From a virus: a DNA stretch of 33,942 bases. The DNA is taken from the IMG/VR virus record IMGVR_UViG_3300045988_153030; one strand, given 5' to 3'. The translations under genes and the position numbers were made by a program. Below the pieces are notes generated by a model that worked only from the letters and a program-made list of their open reading frames with translations, was not told the DNA's origin and ran no database searches. This document shows positions 7,227 to 14,714 of this stretch, one piece after another; the first letter of the stretch is position 1, and each line of letters begins with the position of its first letter.

Positions 7227-8269
7227 ATGGCAACAGAACTCCTCTATATCGACTTGTTTTGCGGGGCCGGAGGCACCTCGACGGGCGTCGAACGTGCCTG
7301 CCTCGACGGGCGGAAGTGCGCCCGGGTGATCGCCTGCGTGAACCACGACGCCAACGCGATTCTGTCGCACGCGGCCAACCATCCGCACACCCGCCACTTC
7401 ACCGAGGACATCCGCACGCTCGACCTCGGGCCCCTGAAGGTGCACACGACCGTCGAGCGCATGAAGAATCCCGACGCGAAGGTCGTGCTCTGGGCGTCGC
7501 TCGAATGCACGAACCACTCGCGGGCCAAGGGCGGTATGTCGCGCGATGCCGACAGCCGGACACTGGCCGAACATCTGTTCCGCTACATCGAGGAGCTGCG
7601 ACCCGACTACATCCAGATCGAGAATGTCGTCGAGTTCATGGAGTGGGGCCCGCTTCAGGTGAAGGTCGTCCGCGATCCGGAGACCGGTGCCGAGAGCTGT
7701 CCGCTCGACATCAAGCACGACCGCAGGCGGAAGCAGTCGACGGCCCGGCCGGGACTCTGACGACGGTCGACCATCACGCCTTTGTCTCGGCCTACTACGG
7801 CAACGGTTACAACTCGTCGATCGACAGCCCGGCGCCGACCCTCACGACGAAGGATCGCTTCCAGGTGGTGCGGCCGTTCTTGTCGGCTTATTACTCACCC
7901 GGTACTAATGCAAGTGTTGACAGCCCTGCTCCTACGCTGACCACCAAGGATCGGGTGGCTGTGGTTCTTCCGGAATTGACAGATGAGACAAAACCGGCAT
8001 GGGAAATCCGTGCGGAGGATACCCCGGCGATGCGGCGCATCAAGGAGTTCTGCGCGCTGTACGGTATCGTCGACGTGACGATGCGGATGCTGCGGATCTC
8101 CGAGATGAAGCGCATCCAGGGATTCGGTGACGACTACGTGCTGGTCGGCACCCAGGAGGAGCAGAAAAAGTACCTCGGCAATGCCGTGGTGACGCAGGTA
8201 GCAACCGCCTTGTGCGAGGCGCTGGCCGAAGCTCTTTCGGAGCAGGCGGCGGGCCGGGTCGCATCGTAA
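7227..8269 (+). pseudogene. DNA (cytosine-5) methyltransferase interrupted by a frameshift
   Basis: Frame 3 carries motif I (DLFCGAGG), the catalytic region (WASLECTNHS) and motif VI (IENV), and stops at 7760. Frame 2 continues from about 7730 with TRD-like PAPTLTT repeats, RMLRISEMKRIQGF and GNAV, ending at 8269. Confidence 0.7.
7781..7966 (+). repeat. diverged tandem duplication (two 90-nt units, 6-nt spacer) inside the C5-methyltransferase
   Basis: Unit 1 (7781-7870) encodes FVSAYYGNGYNSSIDSPAPTLTTKDRFQVV. Unit 2 (7877-7966) encodes FLSAYYSPGTNASVDSPAPTLTTKDRVAVV. A partial third copy, VDGPAGTLTTVDHH, lies at 7736-7777. Confidence 0.85.
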
Positions 8270-8280
8270 AAACAGAGGCC

Positions 8281-8817
8281 ATGGCAAAGAGCAAACAGGA
8301 AAACAGCGGCGATCTGTATGAACTGGCCCGCGACTATGCCCGGGCCGAGACGGAACTGGGGGTCCAGCGCTGGGTCTTCATCGAGTTCACGAAGGATGCC
8401 GGAGACGGATCCCGCGAGCGGATCTTCGCCTACGATCTCCCGCGCGAGGTCTACGAACGTCGGCCGTGGGTTGTCCGATGGCGGGAGGCGGCGTTGGTCT
8501 GCCGGTTTCCCCGGGCGAATGTGAGCCGGTTCTGTTCGTACTACGATCGGAGGCTGGGGAATGATGTCCGGCTGACCGACGATCTCCGGAGACTGGTCGC
8601 TGCCAAGGCGCAAGTCACCAGGGCCCGGCGGAGGATGGAGGAATACGTGGCATGGAATCGGGCGAACAACCTCTTCTTCGACGAGGCCACGGACGAAGAG
8701 CTCGCCCGGTTCCGGGCGAAGTTGGCCCGGAAGGTCGCCGGAGTAGAGGCCGCCGAGGAACGGATGAGACGAAAAATTTGGAACCTGAAAAACGATAAAA
8801 ATGACCAAAACACTTAA
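8281..8817 (+). CDS. hypothetical arginine-rich protein
   Basis: ATG at 8281 (MAKSKQENSG...), 11 nt after the methyltransferase stop. The track's 8212 start would overlap that gene. Confidence 0.6.
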   Translation: MAKSKQENSGDLYELARDYARAETELGVQRWVFIEFTKDAGDGSRERIFAYDLPREVYERRPWVVRWREAALVCRFPRANVSRFCSYYDRRLGNDVRLTDDLRRLVAAKAQVTRARRRMEEYVAWNRANNLFFDEATDEELARFRAKLARKVAGVEAAEERMRRKIWNLKNDKNDQNT

Positions 8818-9205
8818 CCGACTGCGCGACGAGGCGTATCAAAATTCCGTGGAACACGGGTTTCATGATTCCGACAATGAGATGATGAAAACAATGGCCG
8901 GTTTACATGCCCTCATTGCACAGCGGATTGCGTTGATCCATTCTGAATTATCCGAGGCGTTGGAGGCGGATCGAAAAGAACGGTATGCCAATCTGTATGC
9001 TTTTAATTGCAAGAGACAGCAAACCCCAACATTTGTCGACCGGTTCAAAGTTCACATAAAAGACACATTTGAAGATGAACTTGCTGACGCCATGATACGG
9101 ATCCTCGACTTGTGCGGATGGATGGATATTGACATCCAGCGTCATGTCGAGCTGAAAATGCAGTATAATGCCGGGAGAGAGAAAATGCACGGCAAGAAGT
9201 ATTGA
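8801..9205 (+). CDS. MazG-like nucleoside triphosphate pyrophosphohydrolase
   Basis: IHSELSEALEA and FEDELADAMIRILDL acidic helices, with C-terminal YNAGREKMHGKKY. Confidence 0.65.
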   Translation: MTKTLNRLRDEAYQNSVEHGFHDSDNEMMKTMAGLHALIAQRIALIHSELSEALEADRKERYANLYAFNCKRQQTPTFVDRFKVHIKDTFEDELADAMIRILDLCGWMDIDIQRHVELKMQYNAGREKMHGKKY

Positions 9206-9239
9206 AATAGCGGGATTCTCGTAAAACCTTGAAACAATT

Positions 9240-9473
9240 ATGAAAACAAAACTACTGAAAAGACTACGAAAACAAGGCCGAAACATGGTGAATATTTATA
9301 GAGTAACTATCTGTCGAGGTTTAGTAACAGGCATGAGCTATGGTTATAGTTCTCCCGAATATTCTGATTTGTTTTTTTTAGGAGACACTGAAGACGATGT
9401 TCGTGATAAGGCGATGAGAATATATATCGCGAATGAAATTAAAAGGAGAAGAGAGAGAGGGAAAAAGAGATGA
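9240..9473 (+). CDS. hypothetical basic protein in a lower-GC islet
   Basis: 77-aa ORF in visibly AT-richer sequence. Confidence 0.5.
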   Translation: MKTKLLKRLRKQGRNMVNIYRVTICRGLVTGMSYGYSSPEYSDLFFLGDTEDDVRDKAMRIYIANEIKRRRERGKKR

Positions 9474-9555
9474 TTATGAAAACGATCAAAGAAAGGGCGG
9501 CTGAACACATGCCGATCGGATGGAGGTATATTCACGAAATATAACGATAGAGAAA

Positions 9556-9702
9556 ATGGAAACGTGCGACGAATGCGCAAATTATGAATGCGACAACTTT
9601 GATGGGGTAGGATGGTGTAATCTTAACAAGGCTATGGTGCTGCACGATGATCCTGCCTGCAAAGAATTTCACGAACTGCCGGATGACGGCGAACAGGGAT
9701 AA
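9556..9702 (+). CDS. small Cys-rich protein, same CxxC...WC...C pattern as 6360..6677
   Basis: METCDECANYECDNFDGVGWCNLNKAMVLHDDPACKEFHE, from the internal ATG at 9556. Confidence 0.45.
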   Translation: METCDECANYECDNFDGVGWCNLNKAMVLHDDPACKEFHELPDDGEQG

Positions 9703-9720
9703 TAGGTAAAAAGGCAGGAT

Positions 9721-9930
9721 ATGCAGAAAGAATCAACCGAAAAATCAGATTTTATCACCGATGACGAACGCGAGATCATCGACCTGCTGGCCGAGGCTCA
9801 CAACAAGTTTGTGTTGCTTCCCGACAAACATCCTACCGCAATGCAGGAATGGACGTTCTATATCCACGGACTTGAATCGCTGATCGAGCACCGGATATGC
9901 AAAAGAGTAGCAAAAGATATTTTTAGATAG
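9721..9930 (+). CDS. hypothetical protein
   Basis: 69-aa ORF. No motif recognised. Confidence 0.55.
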   Translation: MQKESTEKSDFITDDEREIIDLLAEAHNKFVLLPDKHPTAMQEWTFYIHGLESLIEHRICKRVAKDIFR

Positions 9931-9968
9931 TCACAATAAAAAAAGAGGCAACCCCGAAGGATCACCCC

Positions 9969-9994
9969 AGCCAAAACAAAGATAGTGATTTTTC
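9969..9994 (+). promoter_or_regulatory. conserved upstream motif, copy A (AGCCAAAACAAAGATAGTGATTTTTC)
   Basis: Ends 13 nt before the ATG at 10008. A near-identical copy lies at 18069-18095. Confidence 0.35.
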
Positions 9995-10007
9995 ACGGGT
10001 TTGCAAC

Positions 10008-10295
10008 ATGACTAAGCGAGAACTTATCGACAACATCGCAAGGGATGGACTGGTCGAACGGCTGGTGGCGAACGTCTGTCACCGCCGCCATCGCTCCCTC
10101 CCGGACCTCGTGCAGATGGTCTACGAGGTCCTGCTCAACTACGACGAAGAGAAGCTGATGCGCATCCATAGACGGGATGCGCTCAACTTTTTCATTGTAC
10201 GAATTATCGAGAATTTATATTTCTCACGGACGAGTCCCTATTATCGGCAGATTCGGAGATTCGCCCAGCATAGCGACATCTTGAAAGATGAATGA
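10008..10295 (+). CDS. sigma-70/ECF-family region 2-like polypeptide (N-terminal half of a split sigma factor)
   Basis: LPDLVQMVYEVLLNY...ALNFFIVRIIENLYFSRTSPYYRQIRR resembles sigma region 2 (DLVQEVF...N...R). Only 95 aa with no region 4. Confidence 0.5.
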   Translation: MTKRELIDNIARDGLVERLVANVCHRRHRSLPDLVQMVYEVLLNYDEEKLMRIHRRDALNFFIVRIIENLYFSRTSPYYRQIRRFAQHSDILKDE

Positions 10296-10551
10296 CGATC
10301 GCCACATCCGGCTGCGGCTCCTCGATGAGGAGTACACGGCCAGCAAGGGGGTGTTCGACGAGGACGACGCCCGAGTACGCCGTTGCAAGGCGGCGCTCCG
10401 GAGGTTGTCAGACGCCGACCGTCGTCTCTTCATCCTGTATGCCGAAACGGGGAGTGTCCGCAAGTTGTCGCATACTCTCGGGGTCAGCAAGTCGACGGTG
10501 CAGAACCGAGTATCCGAAATTCGTCGCAAACTTAAAAAGAGCATGAAATGA
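10288..10551 (+). CDS. sigma-70 region 4-like HTH polypeptide (C-terminal half of a split sigma factor)
   Basis: LRRLSDADRRLFILYAETGSVRKLSHTLGVSKSTVQNRVSEIRRKLKK is a region 4.2-type HTH. The ATG overlaps the upstream stop (ATGAATGA). Confidence 0.6.
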   Translation: MNDDRHIRLRLLDEEYTASKGVFDEDDARVRRCKAALRRLSDADRRLFILYAETGSVRKLSHTLGVSKSTVQNRVSEIRRKLKKSMK

Positions 10552-10886
10552 GACCATATTTTGACCTTCTCCTCCTCGCCGTTGTCATCGTCTATATCAT
10601 TGATGTCAGTGGCGTAATGGAAAGCATCAAGGGCGCATTATCCCGATGGCTCGGAGCCAAGGTATCCAGGATTCGCCCTTTCGACTGCTCGCTCTGCATG
10701 ATCTGGTGGGCGGGCATCATCTACATCATCGCCATCGGAGAATTCTCGCTGCCCACACTCACGTGGGTGGCGTTTCTGTCGGCCATGTCGACCCGCATCC
10801 ATCGGGCCGTCCAGTTTCTGCAGGATGCGGCCGACGCATTCTTTGATTTCCTCACCTCCAAAATAAACGGTCATGGCAACGAATAA
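10548..10886 (+). CDS. integral membrane protein
   Basis: 112 aa with three hydrophobic segments and the motif PFDCSLCMIWW. Confidence 0.6.
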   Translation: MRPYFDLLLLAVVIVYIIDVSGVMESIKGALSRWLGAKVSRIRPFDCSLCMIWWAGIIYIIAIGEFSLPTLTWVAFLSAMSTRIHRAVQFLQDAADAFFDFLTSKINGHGNE

Positions 10887-11253
10887 GAATCTGCGAGACA
10901 TATCGAAGCTGCCGCCGGAGGAGCATCGCAGGCTTTCCAGCAAGGGAGGCAAGGCGTCACAGAAGGCATTGCGCGAGTTGAAGACCATGCGCGAATACGC
11001 CCGGGAACTCGCGGCCATGAAGACAACGATCGTCAACAAGGACGGCACCGAGCAGGAGGTTCCCTACCTGGCGGCGGTCGTGGCCTCGCAGTACAAGCAG
11101 GCCATAGACAAGTCAGACACCCGGGCGGCGGAGTTCATAGCAACGCTCCTTGACGAGTTGAAGCAGGCGCAGGTGACCGCCCCGAGCTTCGTGATTCAGG
11201 TCGGGGATGCCAAGCAGGCCGAGGAGTTGGCGAAGGCCGTAAAGGACAAATGA
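10873..11253 (+). CDS. possible terminase small subunit (assigned by position only)
   Basis: 126-aa basic/helical ORF ending 1 nt before the large terminase gene. Confidence 0.35.
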   Translation: MATNKNLRDISKLPPEEHRRLSSKGGKASQKALRELKTMREYARELAAMKTTIVNKDGTEQEVPYLAAVVASQYKQAIDKSDTRAAEFIATLLDELKQAQVTAPSFVIQVGDAKQAEELAKAVKDK

Positions 11254-11254
11254 C

Positions 11255-12457
11255 ATGATCACGGAAGCGACATTTTCCCGCAACTTCCGTGAGAAGCTGC
11301 TTCCGGCGTGGAACCTGCACCCCCGCTACCTGGATTCGTGCGGAGGCGCCCGATCGGGGAAGACATACTCGATTCTGCAGATGCTTGTATTGAAGGCCCT
11401 GGCCGAGGCTGCGGACGGGAGCCCGGCGAAGATCACATCCGTGGTGTCGGAGACTCTTCCCCACTTGAAGCGAGGAGCCATCCGTGACTTCAAGAGCATC
11501 ATGCAGAGTTGGGAGCTATGGAATGACCGCCAATGGAACCGCACCGACAACATCTTCACCTTTTCTAACGGCGGCATGATCGAGTTCTTTTCGGCAGATA
11601 GCCCCGGCAAGGTGCACGGCCCGGCCCGAGACAGGTTGTTCATCAATGAGGCGCAGAACGTCGACTACGAAACTGCCCGCCAGCTCTTCATCCGAACCCG
11701 GGACCGCATCATCATCGACTACAACCCCGTGCGGGAGTTCTGGGTACATGAAAACATCCAGGGACGGCCCGAGTGCGTATCGATACATTCGACGTACAAG
11801 GACAACGATTTTCTGACTCCCGAGCAGGTAGCCGAGATCGAGAGCAACAAGGGATCGGGCAACTGGTGGCGGGTGTACGGTGAGGGCCTAATCGGGCAGG
11901 CCGAAGGCGTGATCTTCGACTTCACGCAGATCGAAGCCATGCCCGAGTCGTCGGATATGGTCGAGACATACGGCATTGACTTCGGATTCACCAACGACCC
12001 GACGGTGATTGTCCACGTCAAGGTCCACACCGGGCGAAAGGAGATCTACGTCGACCAGCTGGAATACCGCACCGGGATGCTCAACCGGGATATCATCCGC
12101 ACGCTCTATGCGTACAAGGTGCCGAAGCGGACGATCCCTATCTTCGCGGATGCCGCAGAGCCCAAGAGTATCGCCGAGATTGCGCAGGCCGGATTCAACT
12201 GCAAGCCGAGCTACAAGGCGACACGCAAGGCTGAGCAGATAGCCTTTATGCAGCAGTATAAGCTATTCATCACGAAACGGAGCGTCGAGGGCATCAAGGA
12301 AACCCGTAACTACTGCTGGGCGAAAGATAAGGACGGGCGCCCGCTGAACGAGCCGCAGGCATTCGCCGATCACTTCATGGACGCGATGCGATACGCATCC
12401 TATTCGCCATTTGCCGACTTCCGCAAGTCGGGACACTACAAGATCATCAACAGATAG
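11255..12457 (+). CDS. terL: terminase large subunit
   Basis: Walker A CGGARSGKTYS, Walker B-like RLFINEAQ, and nuclease-domain blocks YGIDFGFTNDPT and ADHFMDAMRY. Confidence 0.9.
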   Translation: MITEATFSRNFREKLLPAWNLHPRYLDSCGGARSGKTYSILQMLVLKALAEAADGSPAKITSVVSETLPHLKRGAIRDFKSIMQSWELWNDRQWNRTDNIFTFSNGGMIEFFSADSPGKVHGPARDRLFINEAQNVDYETARQLFIRTRDRIIIDYNPVREFWVHENIQGRPECVSIHSTYKDNDFLTPEQVAEIESNKGSGNWWRVYGEGLIGQAEGVIFDFTQIEAMPESSDMVETYGIDFGFTNDPTVIVHVKVHTGRKEIYVDQLEYRTGMLNRDIIRTLYAYKVPKRTIPIFADAAEPKSIAEIAQAGFNCKPSYKATRKAEQIAFMQQYKLFITKRSVEGIKETRNYCWAKDKDGRPLNEPQAFADHFMDAMRYASYSPFADFRKSGHYKIINR

Positions 12458-12463
12458 CAGACT

Positions 12464-13093
12464 ATGATAACCAACTACAACAGCCTCACGGTAGGCAAGT
12501 ATGAGGCCCTGCTTCGAGCACGGGCCGACCACGAAGGCGACACGAACGAACTGAACCTTCACGTGTTGTCGATTCTTACGGATATGACCGTCGACCAGCT
12601 CCTCGATCTGAAGGTCCCGGAGTTTCGGGCCATGATGGACCGGGCGGGATTCCTTTGCACGGCACCCCGGCCGTCGGAAGTCGCCCGGCAGTACCGGTTC
12701 GGGGACATGACCCTCATACCCGTGACCGATGTCCGGAAGATGACGGCGGCGCAGTACATCGACTTTCAGAATTTCTCAAACGCCGGAGAGGGACGACAGG
12801 CTGAACTGCTCTCCTGCTTCCTGGTGCCGAAGGGCATGAAGTACAACGACGGCTACGACATCCTCGAAGTGCAGCAGGCAATCCGGGACTTCCTGCCGGT
12901 GACGGCTGCTTTGGGACTGCTCGCTTTTTTTTTGAGAAGATTGCATCGGTCAACAATCAATACCCTACGCTCTTCGGTAAAGAAGATGCCGAAGAACCCG
13001 CAGACGGAGGAGGCGATCCAGTTGACGAACCGGTTGATCCGTTCTCTGCAAAGTGGGGGTGGATTGCCAATGTCGATGCCGTTTCTGAATTGA
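12464..13093 (+). CDS. tail assembly chaperone-like protein, zero-frame product
   Basis: 209-aa ORF containing the T9 run 12925-12933. The heptamer T_TTT_TTG (12928-12934) is in phase. Confidence 0.55.
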   Translation: MITNYNSLTVGKYEALLRARADHEGDTNELNLHVLSILTDMTVDQLLDLKVPEFRAMMDRAGFLCTAPRPSEVARQYRFGDMTLIPVTDVRKMTAAQYIDFQNFSNAGEGRQAELLSCFLVPKGMKYNDGYDILEVQQAIRDFLPVTAALGLLAFFLRRLHRSTINTLRSSVKKMPKNPQTEEAIQLTNRLIRSLQSGGGLPMSMPFLN

Positions 13094-13218
13094 CACGCAC
13101 GCCGTGGGCCGAAGTGTGGGAGATGCCGGTCATTGAATTTCTCAATATGCTGGCATATCGCCGGGACAAGATCGAGCAGAAGAAAAAAGAGCATCAGGAA
13201 TGGATTCGAACACATTGA
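12464..13218 (+). CDS. candidate -1 frameshift fusion product (G/GT-like), about 251 aa
   Basis: The -1 frame is open from the slip site to TGA at 13216-13218 and has no usable start of its own. It encodes ...PFSAKWGWIANVDAVSELTRTPWAEVWEMPVIEFLNMLAYRRDK... and fills the 13094-13199 gap. Confidence 0.5.
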
Positions 13219-13703
13219 TCAGTTTCTCGAACCTGGCCGCCGTATTGACGAAATATGGCGAGGCCGTATGCGAGGCATACCGCAAGGAGTTGCGCGACCG
13301 AGGCAAGGACGCTTCGGGCCTCCTGTCGCAGAGCGTCCGGTATATGGTCAACCGGGACGGGACCACATACGCCGTGGATTTGTCGCTGCAGGACTACTGG
13401 AAGTATGTCGAGTATGGCCGTCGGCCGTTGAGCCGGTTCCCGCCGTTGGATAAGATTCTGCAATGGATCAGAGTGAAGCCCGTAGTTCCCAGGCCGATGG
13501 ACAACGGGAAGCTGCCAACGGAAAAGCAGCTCGCCTTCCTGATAGGTCGGAAGATCGCCGAGGACGGCATCAAGCCTACGCCCGCACTAGACACGGCCGT
13601 GGGGTTGACCTACGCGCAACTCATCGATGAGATCGGCCGGGCGATCACGGCCGACCTTTCCGACGCTGTAGATGGGGCTCTCGACAGCCTTGTGACGCGA
13701 TGA
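13200..13703 (+). CDS. HK97 gp10-like neck/tail-completion protein (tentative)
   Basis: GLLSQSVRYMV...TYAVDLSLQDYWKYVEYGRRP resembles the G-L...S-V...YA-YVE-G pattern of that family. Confidence 0.4.
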   Translation: MDSNTLISFSNLAAVLTKYGEAVCEAYRKELRDRGKDASGLLSQSVRYMVNRDGTTYAVDLSLQDYWKYVEYGRRPLSRFPPLDKILQWIRVKPVVPRPMDNGKLPTEKQLAFLIGRKIAEDGIKPTPALDTAVGLTYAQLIDEIGRAITADLSDAVDGALDSLVTR

Positions 13704-13751
13704 GCGCGGACGTAATACGAAGATTTTATATTTCCCCTAAAAGACACAAGT

Positions 13752-14714
13752 ATGGCAACACCTATATGGAAGGGATACACCGTGAGTAAGCAGACCGAAG
13801 ATGGTTCGCTGTCTTATGTTATCAAGTGTGGCGGAGCCACAATATACACCGGGAAGGCATACAAGCGCCCGGGCGCTTCCGATATATCGTTCAACATCGG
13901 AGACGTATGCGCTCCTTTCTTGTCATCGAACGCCGAAATAGCGACGGCCGCCACGGGGTTCATGGCAATCAATGAAATGCAAAGGACATTTGTCGTAGAG
14001 GATTTGTCCGGGACGGTATTGACGACCGTAGATTTCTCCAACGATTGGAGTTACAAAGGCACTACCCCGAGCTTCGCATCGGACCCGGTGCAGCGTACAA
14101 TAGACCCAAGGCAGCTTCTGCTCGCTTCGATGTATGAGGCATCCAGTGTGATTGTACAGACGGAAGGATCGTCGCCTCAGACCCAGACCCTCTACGATGG
14201 AGACCCCGCATCGGGGGTGGCTTGTGTCGACATTCTTTCCGGAGCAACATCCGTCACGGTATCCGTGAATTCGGCGGGCGGAACCTCGGCAAAGACCTAC
14301 GATGTCGTGAAGCCGTGCGCCCGGTATGCGCTCTACTACGTCAACGCCTTCGGGGGATGGGATTCGCTTCTGACGGCAGGCAACGACAAGCAAGTCGACA
14401 ACTATACCCGGTCGACGTACAAGAAGGTCTACTCGCCCGCCGATCTGTCCGACCGCGGAACGGTGAACTACCGAAACGACATCGAGCGGACAATCTCGCT
14501 CGTTACCGACTGGCTGACTGACGAGGAGTCCGCCCGGATGTACCATCTTTTCGGGTCGACGAATGTCCTGCTGCATGACCTGGTGGATGACATCATCCAG
14601 CCCGTGACAATCACGGCCAAGTCGTGGACCGAAAAGACCTTCCGAAACAACGGGGCCAAGCTCGTGAATTATCAGATCGATGTAACCATCGCGCAGGATT
14701 TCGTGAGACTATGA
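13752..14714 (+). CDS. virion structural protein (tail module)
   Basis: 320-aa ORF with ATGA overlap to the following large tail gene. Confidence 0.55.
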   Translation: MATPIWKGYTVSKQTEDGSLSYVIKCGGATIYTGKAYKRPGASDISFNIGDVCAPFLSSNAEIATAATGFMAINEMQRTFVVEDLSGTVLTTVDFSNDWSYKGTTPSFASDPVQRTIDPRQLLLASMYEASSVIVQTEGSSPQTQTLYDGDPASGVACVDILSGATSVTVSVNSAGGTSAKTYDVVKPCARYALYYVNAFGGWDSLLTAGNDKQVDNYTRSTYKKVYSPADLSDRGTVNYRNDIERTISLVTDWLTDEESARMYHLFGSTNVLLHDLVDDIIQPVTITAKSWTEKTFRNNGAKLVNYQIDVTIAQDFVRL

